A DNA stretch of 64,000 bases. It comes from Collinsella aerofaciens. Lineage in GTDB: Bacteria; Actinomycetota; Coriobacteriia; Coriobacteriales; Coriobacteriaceae. Where the stretch lies: positions 1,886-65,885 of the forward strand of contig JAPJOH010000010.1 in assembly GCA_030826265.1 (NCBI GenBank). The letters run 5' to 3'. A program made the position numbers and the translations under genes. A model generated the notes under the pieces. The model was not told the origin of the DNA. It did not search any database and saw only the letters and a list, made by a program, of their open reading frames with translations. Of the stretch, positions 1 to 8,177 are shown one piece after another; the stretch's first letter is position 1, and every line of letters begins with the position of its first letter.

Positions 1-1
1 T

Positions 2-1387
2 TACCAGCAAATTCGAGATGATATCGTAGCTGGACGCATTGTGGCGGGGGAGCATTTGCCGTCTAAGCGCGCCTTTGCCAGTCATCTGGGAATCAGTGTT
101 ATTACCATCGAGAATGCATATAGCCAGTTACTCGCTGAGGGCTATATTTGCTCAATACCACGTCGTGGCTACTACGCTTGCGAGCTTCCGGATGCACCGG
201 TTTTGGCTTCGGCTGCGGAGGGCATCGACCGAGATGCCGTTTCTGTGGGTCCCAGCGCGCATGATGTCAACGGACAGGTCGAGCTATTCGATGCACTTTC
301 TCCTTCCGCTTTGGAGGCGGCGCGGCTTTGGCAAAGCGCACTACGGGCGACGCTGGCATCCGAAGATGAGCGCGAAATCTTTTCGCCCGCACCGGCGCAG
401 GGCACTGCTCGGCTGCGACGTGCAATTGCTCACCATCTGCACGGGACAAGGGGTATGAATGTCGACCCCAACAACATCGTTATCGGTGCGGGCGCCCAGC
501 TGCTCGATACCATGTTGGTTCAGTTGCTTGGCGCGGACAAGGTGTATGCGGTTGAGGACCCGGGCTATTTACGTCTGACGCGCATTTATCAGGCTATGGG
601 CTGCAAAGTTCGACATATCCCGTTGGATGATGAGGGGGTGGACTTGAGCGCTCTGCAGAAAACCGGGACCGATGTACTTCACCTGATGCCGTCTCACCAA
701 TATCCAACCGGCCTTGTGACGAGCATTGCGCGTCGCTATGCGCTTCTGAGCTGGGCCGCCGAGCGACCAGGTCGGTATCTCATCGAAGATGACTTTGATT
801 GTGAGTTTCGCCTTGCCGGGAAGCCGATTCCCGCGCTCGCGTCGATCGATGCCGCCCAGTCGGTTATCTACACTAATACGTTTTCGAAGAGCCTGTCTTC
901 GGCGTTGCGCCTAGCGTACATGGTGTTGCCCGACGAGCTGATGGAGCGGTTTAGGCGCGACCTTGGTTTCTACGCCTCGTCGGTGAGCTCTGTTGATCAG
1001 GTCGCTTTGGCGCGTTTGCTGGAATCGGGTGATTACGAGCGTCATGTGAACCGCGTGCGCGTTCGTGCCCGCGAGGCGCGTGATGGCCTAGTGGCGCTTG
1101 TACGGAAGGCATTTCCGGCAGGGGAAGTCTCGATCGAGCATGCAGACGCGGGCCTTTACTGTATCGTGGTTGCGGAGCGTAGAACGGGCGGAAGCACTTT
1201 TGCACGGGCCCTCACGCGCTCGAGTATCCCGTTTATCGATATCAGTGACTGTTATTGGTGTGCCGATGGCGCATCTGTCCCTGAAAACTCAAGTCAAATT
1301 CTTGTTCAGTATGATGATCTGAGTCCAAAAGTGCTTAATACCTTGGAATTGCAGCTAATGGGGGCGCTCTGCAATCTAAGTGAGTAG
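2..1387 (+). CDS. MocR/GntR-family regulator with PLP-dependent aminotransferase-like domain (5' end off-window)
   Basis: The frame is open from nt 2 (YQQIRDDIVAGRI...). A GntR wHTH (LPSKRAFASHLGISVITIENAY) is followed by an aminotransferase-like domain with the TNTFSKSL lysine motif. The last codons (NLSE*) lie inside MITE copy 1. Confidence 0.85.
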   Translation, partial: YQQIRDDIVAGRIVAGEHLPSKRAFASHLGISVITIENAYSQLLAEGYICSIPRRGYYACELPDAPVLASAAEGIDRDAVSVGPSAHDVNGQVELFDALSPSALEAARLWQSALRATLASEDEREIFSPAPAQGTARLRRAIAHHLHGTRGMNVDPNNIVIGAGAQLLDTMLVQLLGADKVYAVEDPGYLRLTRIYQAMGCKVRHIPLDDEGVDLSALQKTGTDVLHLMPSHQYPTGLVTSIARRYALLSWAAERPGRYLIEDDFDCEFRLAGKPIPALASIDAAQSVIYTNTFSKSLSSALRLAYMVLPDELMERFRRDLGFYASSVSSVDQVALARLLESGDYERHVNRVRVRAREARDGLVALVRKAFPAGEVSIEHADAGLYCIVVAERRTGGSTFARALTRSSIPFIDISDCYWCADGASVPENSSQILVQYDDLSPKVLNTLELQLMGALCNLSE

Positions 1388-1497
1388 ACTTTTAGCACTT
1401 TGGCGACCAGGCAGTTTTGTAACAAGCTATCTACCTGCGGTTTTGAAAAGCAGGATGACCGGCCTGCTCGGGATGTTCAAAAAAGTCTACTCACTTG
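1376..1497 (+). mobile_element. MITE-like element, copy 1 (~122 bp)
   Basis: Terminal inverted repeats CTAAGTGAGTAGACTTTT ... AAAAGTCTACTCACTT. The interior aligns with the copies at 2796 and 12818. No coding capacity. Confidence 0.65.
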
Positions 1498-1673
1498 CCG
1501 CGCAAAGCTTCTACATGAGAAAAAAATGGGGTTTTCAACAGGGTTTCGTCCAGCTCTCGGCAAGCTTTTGGCCAGTTGGGGAGGGCTGTTGAAAACTTGG
1601 CAGTCCGTTCGGCGCCATTTTTGCTGCGTTCGCGCCAATGCGTGACTGATTGGGTTGAAATTCGTGTTTTCCT

Positions 1674-2807
1674 GTGCCTATGAAGGATCTACTTTGTGAC
1701 ATATCAGCTTTTAGGTACTGGCGTTTGCCTCCTCAAGTCCGCGCTTTGTGTCCGCCGCTTCCACGACCGGAAGAAGACCGGCAGCGATATGATCTCGCCC
1801 GCAACCCGACGGCTGCGGTCGCGCTCGGTTTTCCGTTGTATACATTGGTTCGGACGAGAAACAAACGGACTTGTCCTGCCAGCATTAGGCAGCGGCTGTT
1901 TCTTGGTGAGCTCCCCAGGGAATCCGTGCTGGAAACGGAGCATGGGTTTTTGGTTACGTCTCCTCTACTGACGACATTCATCATGTCGCGGCATCTGACG
2001 GATCTTCAGCTTCTTTTGGTATTGGCGGAGATGTGTGGCTTGTTTGCGGTGTGTGCCCTGCCGGCGGCACTTGAGGCGGAGCTTTCGCGTGCAATTGATT
2101 CGGGCGCGATTTCGACAACGGTCGGTTGGGTGCGCTGCCCGTCCGAGGACGGCACCGCCTCAAATTTATGGCGTCGAGACGCTTTGGTTTTGGGCGGAGA
2201 CCTTGACCGTTTTTGTTCAGATGTTTGCGGGATGCGTTACGGCAATAGATTTATGGCGGTATCGCAACTCGTTCCATTGGGTGCCGCGTCGCCTTTTGAG
2301 GTCGAGGCGTATTTGCTACTTGCACTGCCGCGATCCCTGGGAGGCGAAGGTTTTTGCGGCATAGAGCTTAATGTTGAAGTGATGCTAAGCAAAAGTGCTC
2401 GAGTGATTGTGGGAAAGTCCCGTGTATATATCGACCTACTTCTTTCTTCACCGGACGGTAGGCGACAGGTGGCCATTGAATGTCAGGGAAAGGCCTCGCA
2501 CGGACGCGCAGGGGATGGCTTGCGTGACGCTGACCGTATGACGGCCCTTCAGGCCATGGGCTACGATGTGCTTCTCCTGACACACAGACAGATATCGGAT
2601 GAGGATAGATTCCGCGCGATCGTTAAGGCCGTATGCAGGATGCTCGATGCTGAATATCGTGATAAAAGCTCGGATGAGCAAAGGGCCGAGACATTACTCC
2701 GGTCTGAACTATTCGTTGACTGGACAAAATTGGGAGTAATCGACGGAAAGATGCCCGTTAGACACAAAATGGCTCGATCGTGGACGGCTGCGAATCTAAG
2801 TGAGTAG
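1674..2807 (+). CDS. Hypothetical protein with C-terminal DUF559/Vsr-like endonuclease-fold domain
   Basis: The C-terminus (VYIDLLL...VAIECQGKASHGRAGDGLRDADRMTALQAMGYDVLLLTHRQI) resembles the DUF559 restriction-endonuclease-like domain. The start is uncertain (GTG 1674 or ATG 1680, no clear RBS). The stop lies inside MITE copy 2. Confidence 0.6.
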   Translation: MPMKDLLCDISAFRYWRLPPQVRALCPPLPRPEEDRQRYDLARNPTAAVALGFPLYTLVRTRNKRTCPASIRQRLFLGELPRESVLETEHGFLVTSPLLTTFIMSRHLTDLQLLLVLAEMCGLFAVCALPAALEAELSRAIDSGAISTTVGWVRCPSEDGTASNLWRRDALVLGGDLDRFCSDVCGMRYGNRFMAVSQLVPLGAASPFEVEAYLLLALPRSLGGEGFCGIELNVEVMLSKSARVIVGKSRVYIDLLLSSPDGRRQVAIECQGKASHGRAGDGLRDADRMTALQAMGYDVLLLTHRQISDEDRFRAIVKAVCRMLDAEYRDKSSDEQRAETLLRSELFVDWTKLGVIDGKMPVRHKMARSWTAANLSE

Positions 2808-2918
2808 ACTTTTGGCACTTTGGCGACTAGGTCGTTTTGCAACAAGGCATTTACCTGCGGCTTTATAAAGCAATATGGGTGGTGTGCTCGGCAAGTTCCA
2901 AAAAGTCTACTCACTTAG
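2796..2918 (+). mobile_element. MITE-like element, copy 2 (123 bp)
   Basis: Same TIRs as copy 1 (CTAAGTGAGTAGACTTTT / AAAAGTCTACTCACTTAG), same orientation and a closely similar left half. Confidence 0.65.
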
Positions 2919-2983
2919 TTTTTGACGAGAAGCCGATGCCGAAGGCGGTCCTATTTCAGGGCGTTAACAAGTTCGTGAGGCAC

Positions 2984-3015
2984 GAAAAAGGCCCGAACCA
3001 ATACGGTCCGGGCCT
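2984..3015 (-). terminator. Intrinsic terminator downstream of rubrerythrin
   Basis: On the minus strand: AGGCCCGGACC-loop-GGTTCGGGCCT followed by TTTTTCG. Confidence 0.7.
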
Positions 3016-3049
3016 CATCGAGCTTGAGGTTATGTCTCAGGCGGTTGGC

Positions 3050-3610
3050 TTAGCCAAAGTAGCGCTTGAGCAGGCCGGCGAAAGCCTTGCCGTGGCGGGC
3101 CTCGTCGCGAGCCATCTCGTGCACGGTGTCGTGGATGGCATCGAGGCCGGCGGCCTTGGCACGCTTGGCAAGATCGGTCTTGCCGGCGGTGGCGCCGTTC
3201 TCGGCCTCAACGCGCATCTCGAGGTTCTTCTTGGTGGAGTCGGTCACGACCTCGCCCAGGAGCTCGGCGAACTTGGCGGCATGCTCGGCCTCCTCGTGGG
3301 CAGCCTTCTCCCAGTACAGGCCGATCTCGGGATAGCCCTCGCGATGAGCGACGCGAGCCATGGCCAGGTACATACCGACCTCAGAGCACTCGCCCTCAAA
3401 GTTGGCGCGCAGGTCGGCAACGATGTCCTCAGAGACACCCTCCATCTTGGCGACGCCCACGACGTGCTCGGCGGCCCACTCGAGCTGGCCCTCCTCCTGC
3501 TTCAGGAAACGAGAACCGGGAACGCCGCACTGGGGGCACTTAAAATCCTCGGGCAGCTGGTCGCCGTCGAACTCTTCCACATAACCGCAAACGGGGCAAA
3601 CAAACTTCAT
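3050..3610 (-). CDS. Reverse rubrerythrin (N-terminal rubredoxin-like domain plus ferritin-like diiron domain)
   Basis: [10 protein letters not shown]...CPQCG is a Cys4 rubredoxin motif. It is followed by EGECSE...EEAEHAAKF...DEARHGKAF diiron ExxH motifs. The internal ATG at 3610 has an AAAGGA RBS; the longer ORF to 3715 lacks one. Confidence 0.88.
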   Translation of the reverse strand: MKFVCPVCGYVEEFDGDQLPEDFKCPQCGVPGSRFLKQEEGQLEWAAEHVVGVAKMEGVSEDIVADLRANFEGECSEVGMYLAMARVAHREGYPEIGLYWEKAAHEEAEHAAKFAELLGEVVTDSTKKNLEMRVEAENGATAGKTDLAKRAKAAGLDAIHDTVHEMARDEARHGKAFAGLLKRYFG

Positions 3611-3866
3611 GATTCGATCCTTTCGATCGATGGCGATTGCGCGCTCGTCCGGTCCCGTAGGGGCCCTCTCCGGACGTGCGTCTTGACGAGTTCTATTATC
3701 CATAAATGCAACCAAATGTGAAGCCTATTAGGAATGATTTTTAATAAAACAATTTTGAGATATGAAGATGTTGATTGATTAACGATTGGCAGGCCGTCTT
3801 TGACCGCCGCTGAGTACAATCGGGCGAGCAAATGTTGACCTATCAACAAATGAAGGAGTTTCCTTT

Positions 3867-5087
3867 ATGCATCTAGCCCGTCGTGCCTGGTGCCGAACAT
3901 ATCAGACGGTTTTTCGCATTGCATTGCCGATCCTGCCCTATACCGAGCCGCGCATTTTAGAGCATGCCGAGGATGTGCCCGCGGTGCTTCAAAAGCGCTC
4001 GATCCAGAAGGTCCTTATCGTGACGGATCCCGGCATTGCCCGTCTGGGGCTCACGGCACCGCTCGAGACGGCGCTCGCATGCAGGGGGATTGGCGTTACG
4101 GTCTATGCCGAAACGCGTGCAAACCCCACGGTTTCAAACGTGGAAGAAGCGGCGTCCCTGTATCGAGAGAGCGCCTGCCAGGCCATTATCGGCTTTGGCG
4201 GTGGCTCGGCCATGGACTGTGCCAAGGGCGTGGGCGCACGCATTGCGCAGCCAAACAAGCCCATCAACAAGATGCGCGGCCTGCTGCGGATTCATCGTCG
4301 CCTGCCGCTGCTCATCGCCGTTCCCACTACCGCCGGTACGGGAAGCGAAGTCACGCTTGCGGCGGTAATTACCGATGACGGGACGCACTACAAATACCCC
4401 ATTAACGACTTTGTGCTCATCCCGCGTTTTGCAGTCCACGACCCCGAGTTTACGTGCGGCTTGCCCGCTTCCATTACGGGGCAGACGGGCATGGACGCCC
4501 TGACGCATGCCGTTGAGGCCTTTATCGGGCGAAGCACCACGCCCTATACGCGCAAGATGGCGCGACAGGCGGTGCAGCTTATCCACGACAATTTGCTCGA
4601 GGCCTATGAGCATGGTGACGACATGCGCGCTCGTCGCAATATGCTTTCGGCGGCGTATAAGGCGGGCGTTGCGTTTACCCGCTCCTATGTCGGATATGTG
4701 CATGCCATCGCGCACAGTCTGGGCGGCCGATACGGAATTCCGCACGGTTTGGCCAACGCGATCATCCTGCCGCACATGCTTCGCGCTTATGGTGACGCCG
4801 CCGCCCCCAAGCTTGCCGATCTTGCTCGCATGGCGGGCATTGCGCCGGCTACCGCGCAGGATAGTCTTGCGGCCGAGGCCTTTATCGATTGGGTCGACCG
4901 CATGAACGAGATCCTGGGAATCCCCAAATATGTCTCGGGCATTCGCCGCTCCGACATTCCCGAGATGGCGGCGCATGCCGATGCCGAGGCCAATCCGCTG
5001 TACCCCGTTCCGCTTTTGATGGACCGCTTGGAGCTCGAGCGTATGTACGAGGTCGTCGCGGGTGGTATGTTTGAGGACGAGAACTAG
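3867..5087 (+). CDS. Iron-containing (group III) alcohol dehydrogenase
   Basis: GGGSAMDCAKG and HAIAHSLGGRYGIPHGLANA motifs; GAAGGAG RBS. Confidence 0.9.
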   Translation: MHLARRAWCRTYQTVFRIALPILPYTEPRILEHAEDVPAVLQKRSIQKVLIVTDPGIARLGLTAPLETALACRGIGVTVYAETRANPTVSNVEEAASLYRESACQAIIGFGGGSAMDCAKGVGARIAQPNKPINKMRGLLRIHRRLPLLIAVPTTAGTGSEVTLAAVITDDGTHYKYPINDFVLIPRFAVHDPEFTCGLPASITGQTGMDALTHAVEAFIGRSTTPYTRKMARQAVQLIHDNLLEAYEHGDDMRARRNMLSAAYKAGVAFTRSYVGYVHAIAHSLGGRYGIPHGLANAIILPHMLRAYGDAAAPKLADLARMAGIAPATAQDSLAAEAFIDWVDRMNEILGIPKYVSGIRRSDIPEMAAHADAEANPLYPVPLLMDRLELERMYEVVAGGMFEDEN

Positions 5088-5096
5088 GAGGGTGCC

Positions 5097-6476
5097 ATGA
5101 ACACCGAGGAAATTGCGCGCATCGTCGGCGATCAGCGCACTTACTTTAAAACGCACGCTACGTTTGATGTTGATGCCCGACGTCGCGCGCTCGTGAGTTT
5201 ACGCGATGCGGTACGGGCGCACGAGGCCGATATTGCCCATGCACTCAAGACCGATTTGGGAAAGTCGCATGACGAGGCATATATGTGCGAGATCGGCACG
5301 TCGCTTTCCGAGATTCGTCATCAGATCGCTCACGTGGCTCGATGGAGTCGTCCGCGCCTGCGTCCGTGTGACCTTGCCAACGCCGTGAGCGCGTGCAAAA
5401 CGCAAGCCGTGCCCTATGGCGTCACGCTCATCATGGCTCCGTGGAACTACCCGTTTTTGCTAACACTCGAGCCGCTCGCCGGCGCCCTTGCCGCGGGCAA
5501 TACCGTGGTCATCAAGCCGAGTGCCTATGCTCCGGCATCGAGCGCGGTGCTCAAGCAAATCTGTGAAGAGGCATTTGATCCGCGCCTGGTGACGGTTGTC
5601 GAGGGCGGGCGCGCCGAGAACGAAGCGTTGCTCGATGAGTGCTGGGACAAGATCTTCTTTACCGGTAGCGTTCCGGTCGGCAAGCTCGTCATGGAGCGCG
5701 CGAGTAAAAACCTCACGCCCGTGACGCTTGAGCTGGGCGGCAAGAGCCCCTGCATCGTGGATGCGACGGCAAACTTGAAGGTCGCGGCACGGCGTATCGC
5801 CTTTGGCAAATGGCTCAACGTAGGGCAGACCTGCGTGGCGCCCGACTACCTGCTGGTCGATACGCGCGTGCACGACGAGCTGCTGGGCCTCATCAAGGAA
5901 GAGGTCCGCCGTATGTTTGGCGAGCATCCGCTCGATAACGAGGATTACGGGCATATCGTCAATGCTAAGCATTTTGCGCGCGTGCGCGGGCTGATCGATC
6001 CCGATAAGGTCGTGCTGGGAGGCACGGCGCGCGAGTCGTCGCTCAAGATTGAGCCGACGATCCTAGACGGCGTGACCCCCGATGACGCCGTGATGCAGGA
6101 GGAGATCTTCGGTCCCATCTTGCCGGTGCTGACGTTTGAGAGCCTAGACGAGGCCGAAGCGTTTATTACGGATCGTCCGACGCCGCTGGCCCTGTATATC
6201 TTTAGTCAGGATCGCGCAGTTCAGCAGCGCTTCGTGCGTTACGTGCCCTTTGGCGGTGGCTGTGTCAACGACACGATCATGCACTTGGCTACGAGCCATA
6301 TGGGCTTTGGCGGCATGGGCGCGAGCGGTATGGGGCAGTACCATGGACGCGAGAGCTTCGATACGTTTAGCCACAAGAAGAGTATCGTGAACAAGGCAAC
6401 TTGGCTGGACGTGCCGTTTCGGTATGCGCCCTACGCAAGCTGGAAGCACAAGTTCGTGCGCATGTTTGTGCATTAG
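5097..6476 (+). CDS. Aldehyde dehydrogenase family protein (ALDH3-like)
   Basis: ELGGKSP, catalytic GQTCVAPDY and EEIFGPILP motifs. Begins 9 nt downstream of the ADH stop. Confidence 0.9.
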   Translation: MNTEEIARIVGDQRTYFKTHATFDVDARRRALVSLRDAVRAHEADIAHALKTDLGKSHDEAYMCEIGTSLSEIRHQIAHVARWSRPRLRPCDLANAVSACKTQAVPYGVTLIMAPWNYPFLLTLEPLAGALAAGNTVVIKPSAYAPASSAVLKQICEEAFDPRLVTVVEGGRAENEALLDECWDKIFFTGSVPVGKLVMERASKNLTPVTLELGGKSPCIVDATANLKVAARRIAFGKWLNVGQTCVAPDYLLVDTRVHDELLGLIKEEVRRMFGEHPLDNEDYGHIVNAKHFARVRGLIDPDKVVLGGTARESSLKIEPTILDGVTPDDAVMQEEIFGPILPVLTFESLDEAEAFITDRPTPLALYIFSQDRAVQQRFVRYVPFGGGCVNDTIMHLATSHMGFGGMGASGMGQYHGRESFDTFSHKKSIVNKATWLDVPFRYAPYASWKHKFVRMFVH

Positions 6477-6484
6477 AAAAGGGC

Positions 6485-6518
6485 GCAGGTAATACGAACA
6501 AGTGTTCCTATTACCTGC
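6485..6518 (+). terminator. Stem-loop after the ADH/ALDH operon
   Basis: GCAGGTAATA-14 nt loop-TATTACCTGC followed by ATTTTG. Confidence 0.55.
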
Positions 6519-6581
6519 ATTTTGCGTTAGACTACTGTTATGGAGCACGGATGGGCCAACTCCCTTTAGAAGGGATTTGGT

Positions 6582-6665
6582 ATGAACGTAAGCGATGTTA
6601 TTTCGTTATTGGCGTTGTTGATTGCGGCTATCGAACTCGGTCTGTTTATCGGCCGAATGAAATAG
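6582..6665 (+). CDS. 27-aa hydrophobic peptide, Hol-Tox / type I toxin-like (candidate)
   Basis: MNVSDVISLLALLIAAIELGLFIGRMK has a polar N-terminus, a single hydrophobic helix and a basic C-terminus. GAAGGGA RBS 7 nt upstream. Too short for the ORF track. Confidence 0.35.
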   Translation: MNVSDVISLLALLIAAIELGLFIGRMK

Positions 6666-6901
6666 CCGCCCCCGCGTAAGCGAAGACGGCCACTTCTCAC
6701 GATGAAAACGTGTATCGGAGTTGGCAAGACCCGCGGCAACGGGTGCCATCCGTGTTCCTATCTTATCTGCAAGCGTTCTGTCGCGCAAGCGTTGAGGCAA
6801 ACGATTGAAGGACGCAGGCAGGATGTATTTGTGTCCGCACGGGACCGTAGACTTCTCAATAAGGTTACACACCGGTTTATCCGGCCGTTAGAGGAGCTGC
6901 T

Positions 6902-7228
6902 ATGTACGAGCCTTCGCGTGTTCTTCTGTCATTTCACATTGCAGGATTTCAGTATGCCGATGGCGCCTTGGTCTTGGGCGATCTTAAAGCGGGCGATAAA
7001 CTGACGCTGTGTGCCGAGCGCGATAATCCCCATGACCCTGAGGCGGTTGCGATTTATTACGGCAACACCAAGCTTGGCTATGTTCCGGGAAACGAGGTCG
7101 GCCCGCTGTCCTTGATGATGTATTACGGCCACGAGGACGTATTTGAGGCCCGCGTGCAACAGGTTGCTCCCGAGCGCAGCCCGTGGCATCAGGTGCACGT
7201 TGGCCTCTACGTGGTGGACGCTCGCTAA
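6902..7228 (+). CDS. Stand-alone HIRAN domain protein
   Basis: HIAGFQY...L..ERDNPHDPEAVAIYY...LGYVP is typical HIRAN; GAGGAG RBS. Confidence 0.8.
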   Translation: MYEPSRVLLSFHIAGFQYADGALVLGDLKAGDKLTLCAERDNPHDPEAVAIYYGNTKLGYVPGNEVGPLSLMMYYGHEDVFEARVQQVAPERSPWHQVHVGLYVVDAR

Positions 7229-7246
7229 TCGGCAAGGGAGGCGGCC

Positions 7247-7426
7247 ATGTTTGATGGCGATGATCTGTTCAATCTGACAGACGATCCGTTTGAGTGGGAT
7301 ATGCTACTCGATGACGATGAGTTGGAGCAGGATTGTAAGAAGCGCCAGGACAAGAGCGCCCAGGGTGACGCGTCGAAAAAGAAAGACAAGCGCCGTCGCG
7401 GACTGTTCGGCGGGCTCTTTGGATAA
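7247..7426 (+). CDS. 59-aa hypothetical protein (acidic N-terminal half, basic C-terminal half)
   Basis: MFDGDDLFNLTDDPFEWDMLLDDDELEQD...KKKDKRRRGLFGGLFG. GGGAGG RBS 5 nt upstream. Begins 18 nt after the HIRAN stop. Below the ORF-track cutoff. Confidence 0.5.
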   Translation: MFDGDDLFNLTDDPFEWDMLLDDDELEQDCKKRQDKSAQGDASKKKDKRRRGLFGGLFG

Positions 7427-7492
7427 CCGCCGCATCGATGCGTCTGTATACTTAGCACGAGTTGAACACGTTGCGAAATGAGGGCATAGACG

Positions 7493-8038
7493 ATGATGTG
7501 GTTTACCGCCGACCTGCACCTGGGTGATACGAATATCTTGCACGACATGGACCGGACGTTTGGCTCGGTCGAGGAGATGAACCGCAAGGTCATCGATGCC
7601 ATCAATGAGTGCGTGGCCGCGGATGACCGTCTCTACATCCTGGGAGACTTTACCTATCGTTTGCCCCTAGCGGATGCCGTGCACCTGCGCGAGCGTATCG
7701 AATGCAAGAATGTGACGCTCATCCGCGGTAACCATGACGGCGACTGGGAAGACCCGGACGCGCCGCAGATTTGGGAAGACGTGCGCGATTACTTGGAGAT
7801 TGCCCCCGGCTATGCCAAGGGTCACCGTCTGGTTATGAGCCACTACCCCATGCTCAGCTGGAATGGCAAGGCGCGTGGCGCCATCATGCTGCACGGGCAT
7901 ATCCACAGCAGGGGAGACCGCACCAACGCGCGCAACCGCGATCGCGAGCGCCCTATCTTTCGCTACGATGTCGGTCTCGATGCCAACAAGTTCAAGCCCG
8001 TAAGCCGGGATCAAATCCTGGGCTTCTTTGGACTGTAA
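7493..8038 (+). CDS. Small metallophosphoesterase (calcineurin-like)
   Basis: WFTADLHLGD, LGDF, GNHD and LHGHIHS metal-ligand motifs. Confidence 0.85.
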   Translation: MMWFTADLHLGDTNILHDMDRTFGSVEEMNRKVIDAINECVAADDRLYILGDFTYRLPLADAVHLRERIECKNVTLIRGNHDGDWEDPDAPQIWEDVRDYLEIAPGYAKGHRLVMSHYPMLSWNGKARGAIMLHGHIHSRGDRTNARNRDRERPIFRYDVGLDANKFKPVSRDQILGFFGL

Positions 8039-8177
8039 TGCTCGAACCACCACAAAGGGGACAGGCACCTTTCGTGGTGGTTCTGGCACCGTTGCCATTA
8101 TGGCGGCGGCGTCTTTTTTGTCCGCGCGGCGCGGTAGAGTGTAGGCGATTGAAATTTGCGTCCATCGAGGAGCTGCT

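Noticed and set aside
2837-3721. 294-aa plus-strand ORF opposite rubrerythrin
   Set aside because: G/L/A-rich antisense frame. The minus strand has rubredoxin and diiron motifs plus an RBS.
3611-3866. PerR/Fur-like box upstream of rubrerythrin (TTATGGATAA)
   Set aside because: Only a short imperfect palindrome in an AT-rich divergent promoter region; not close enough to the 7-1-7 consensus to call.
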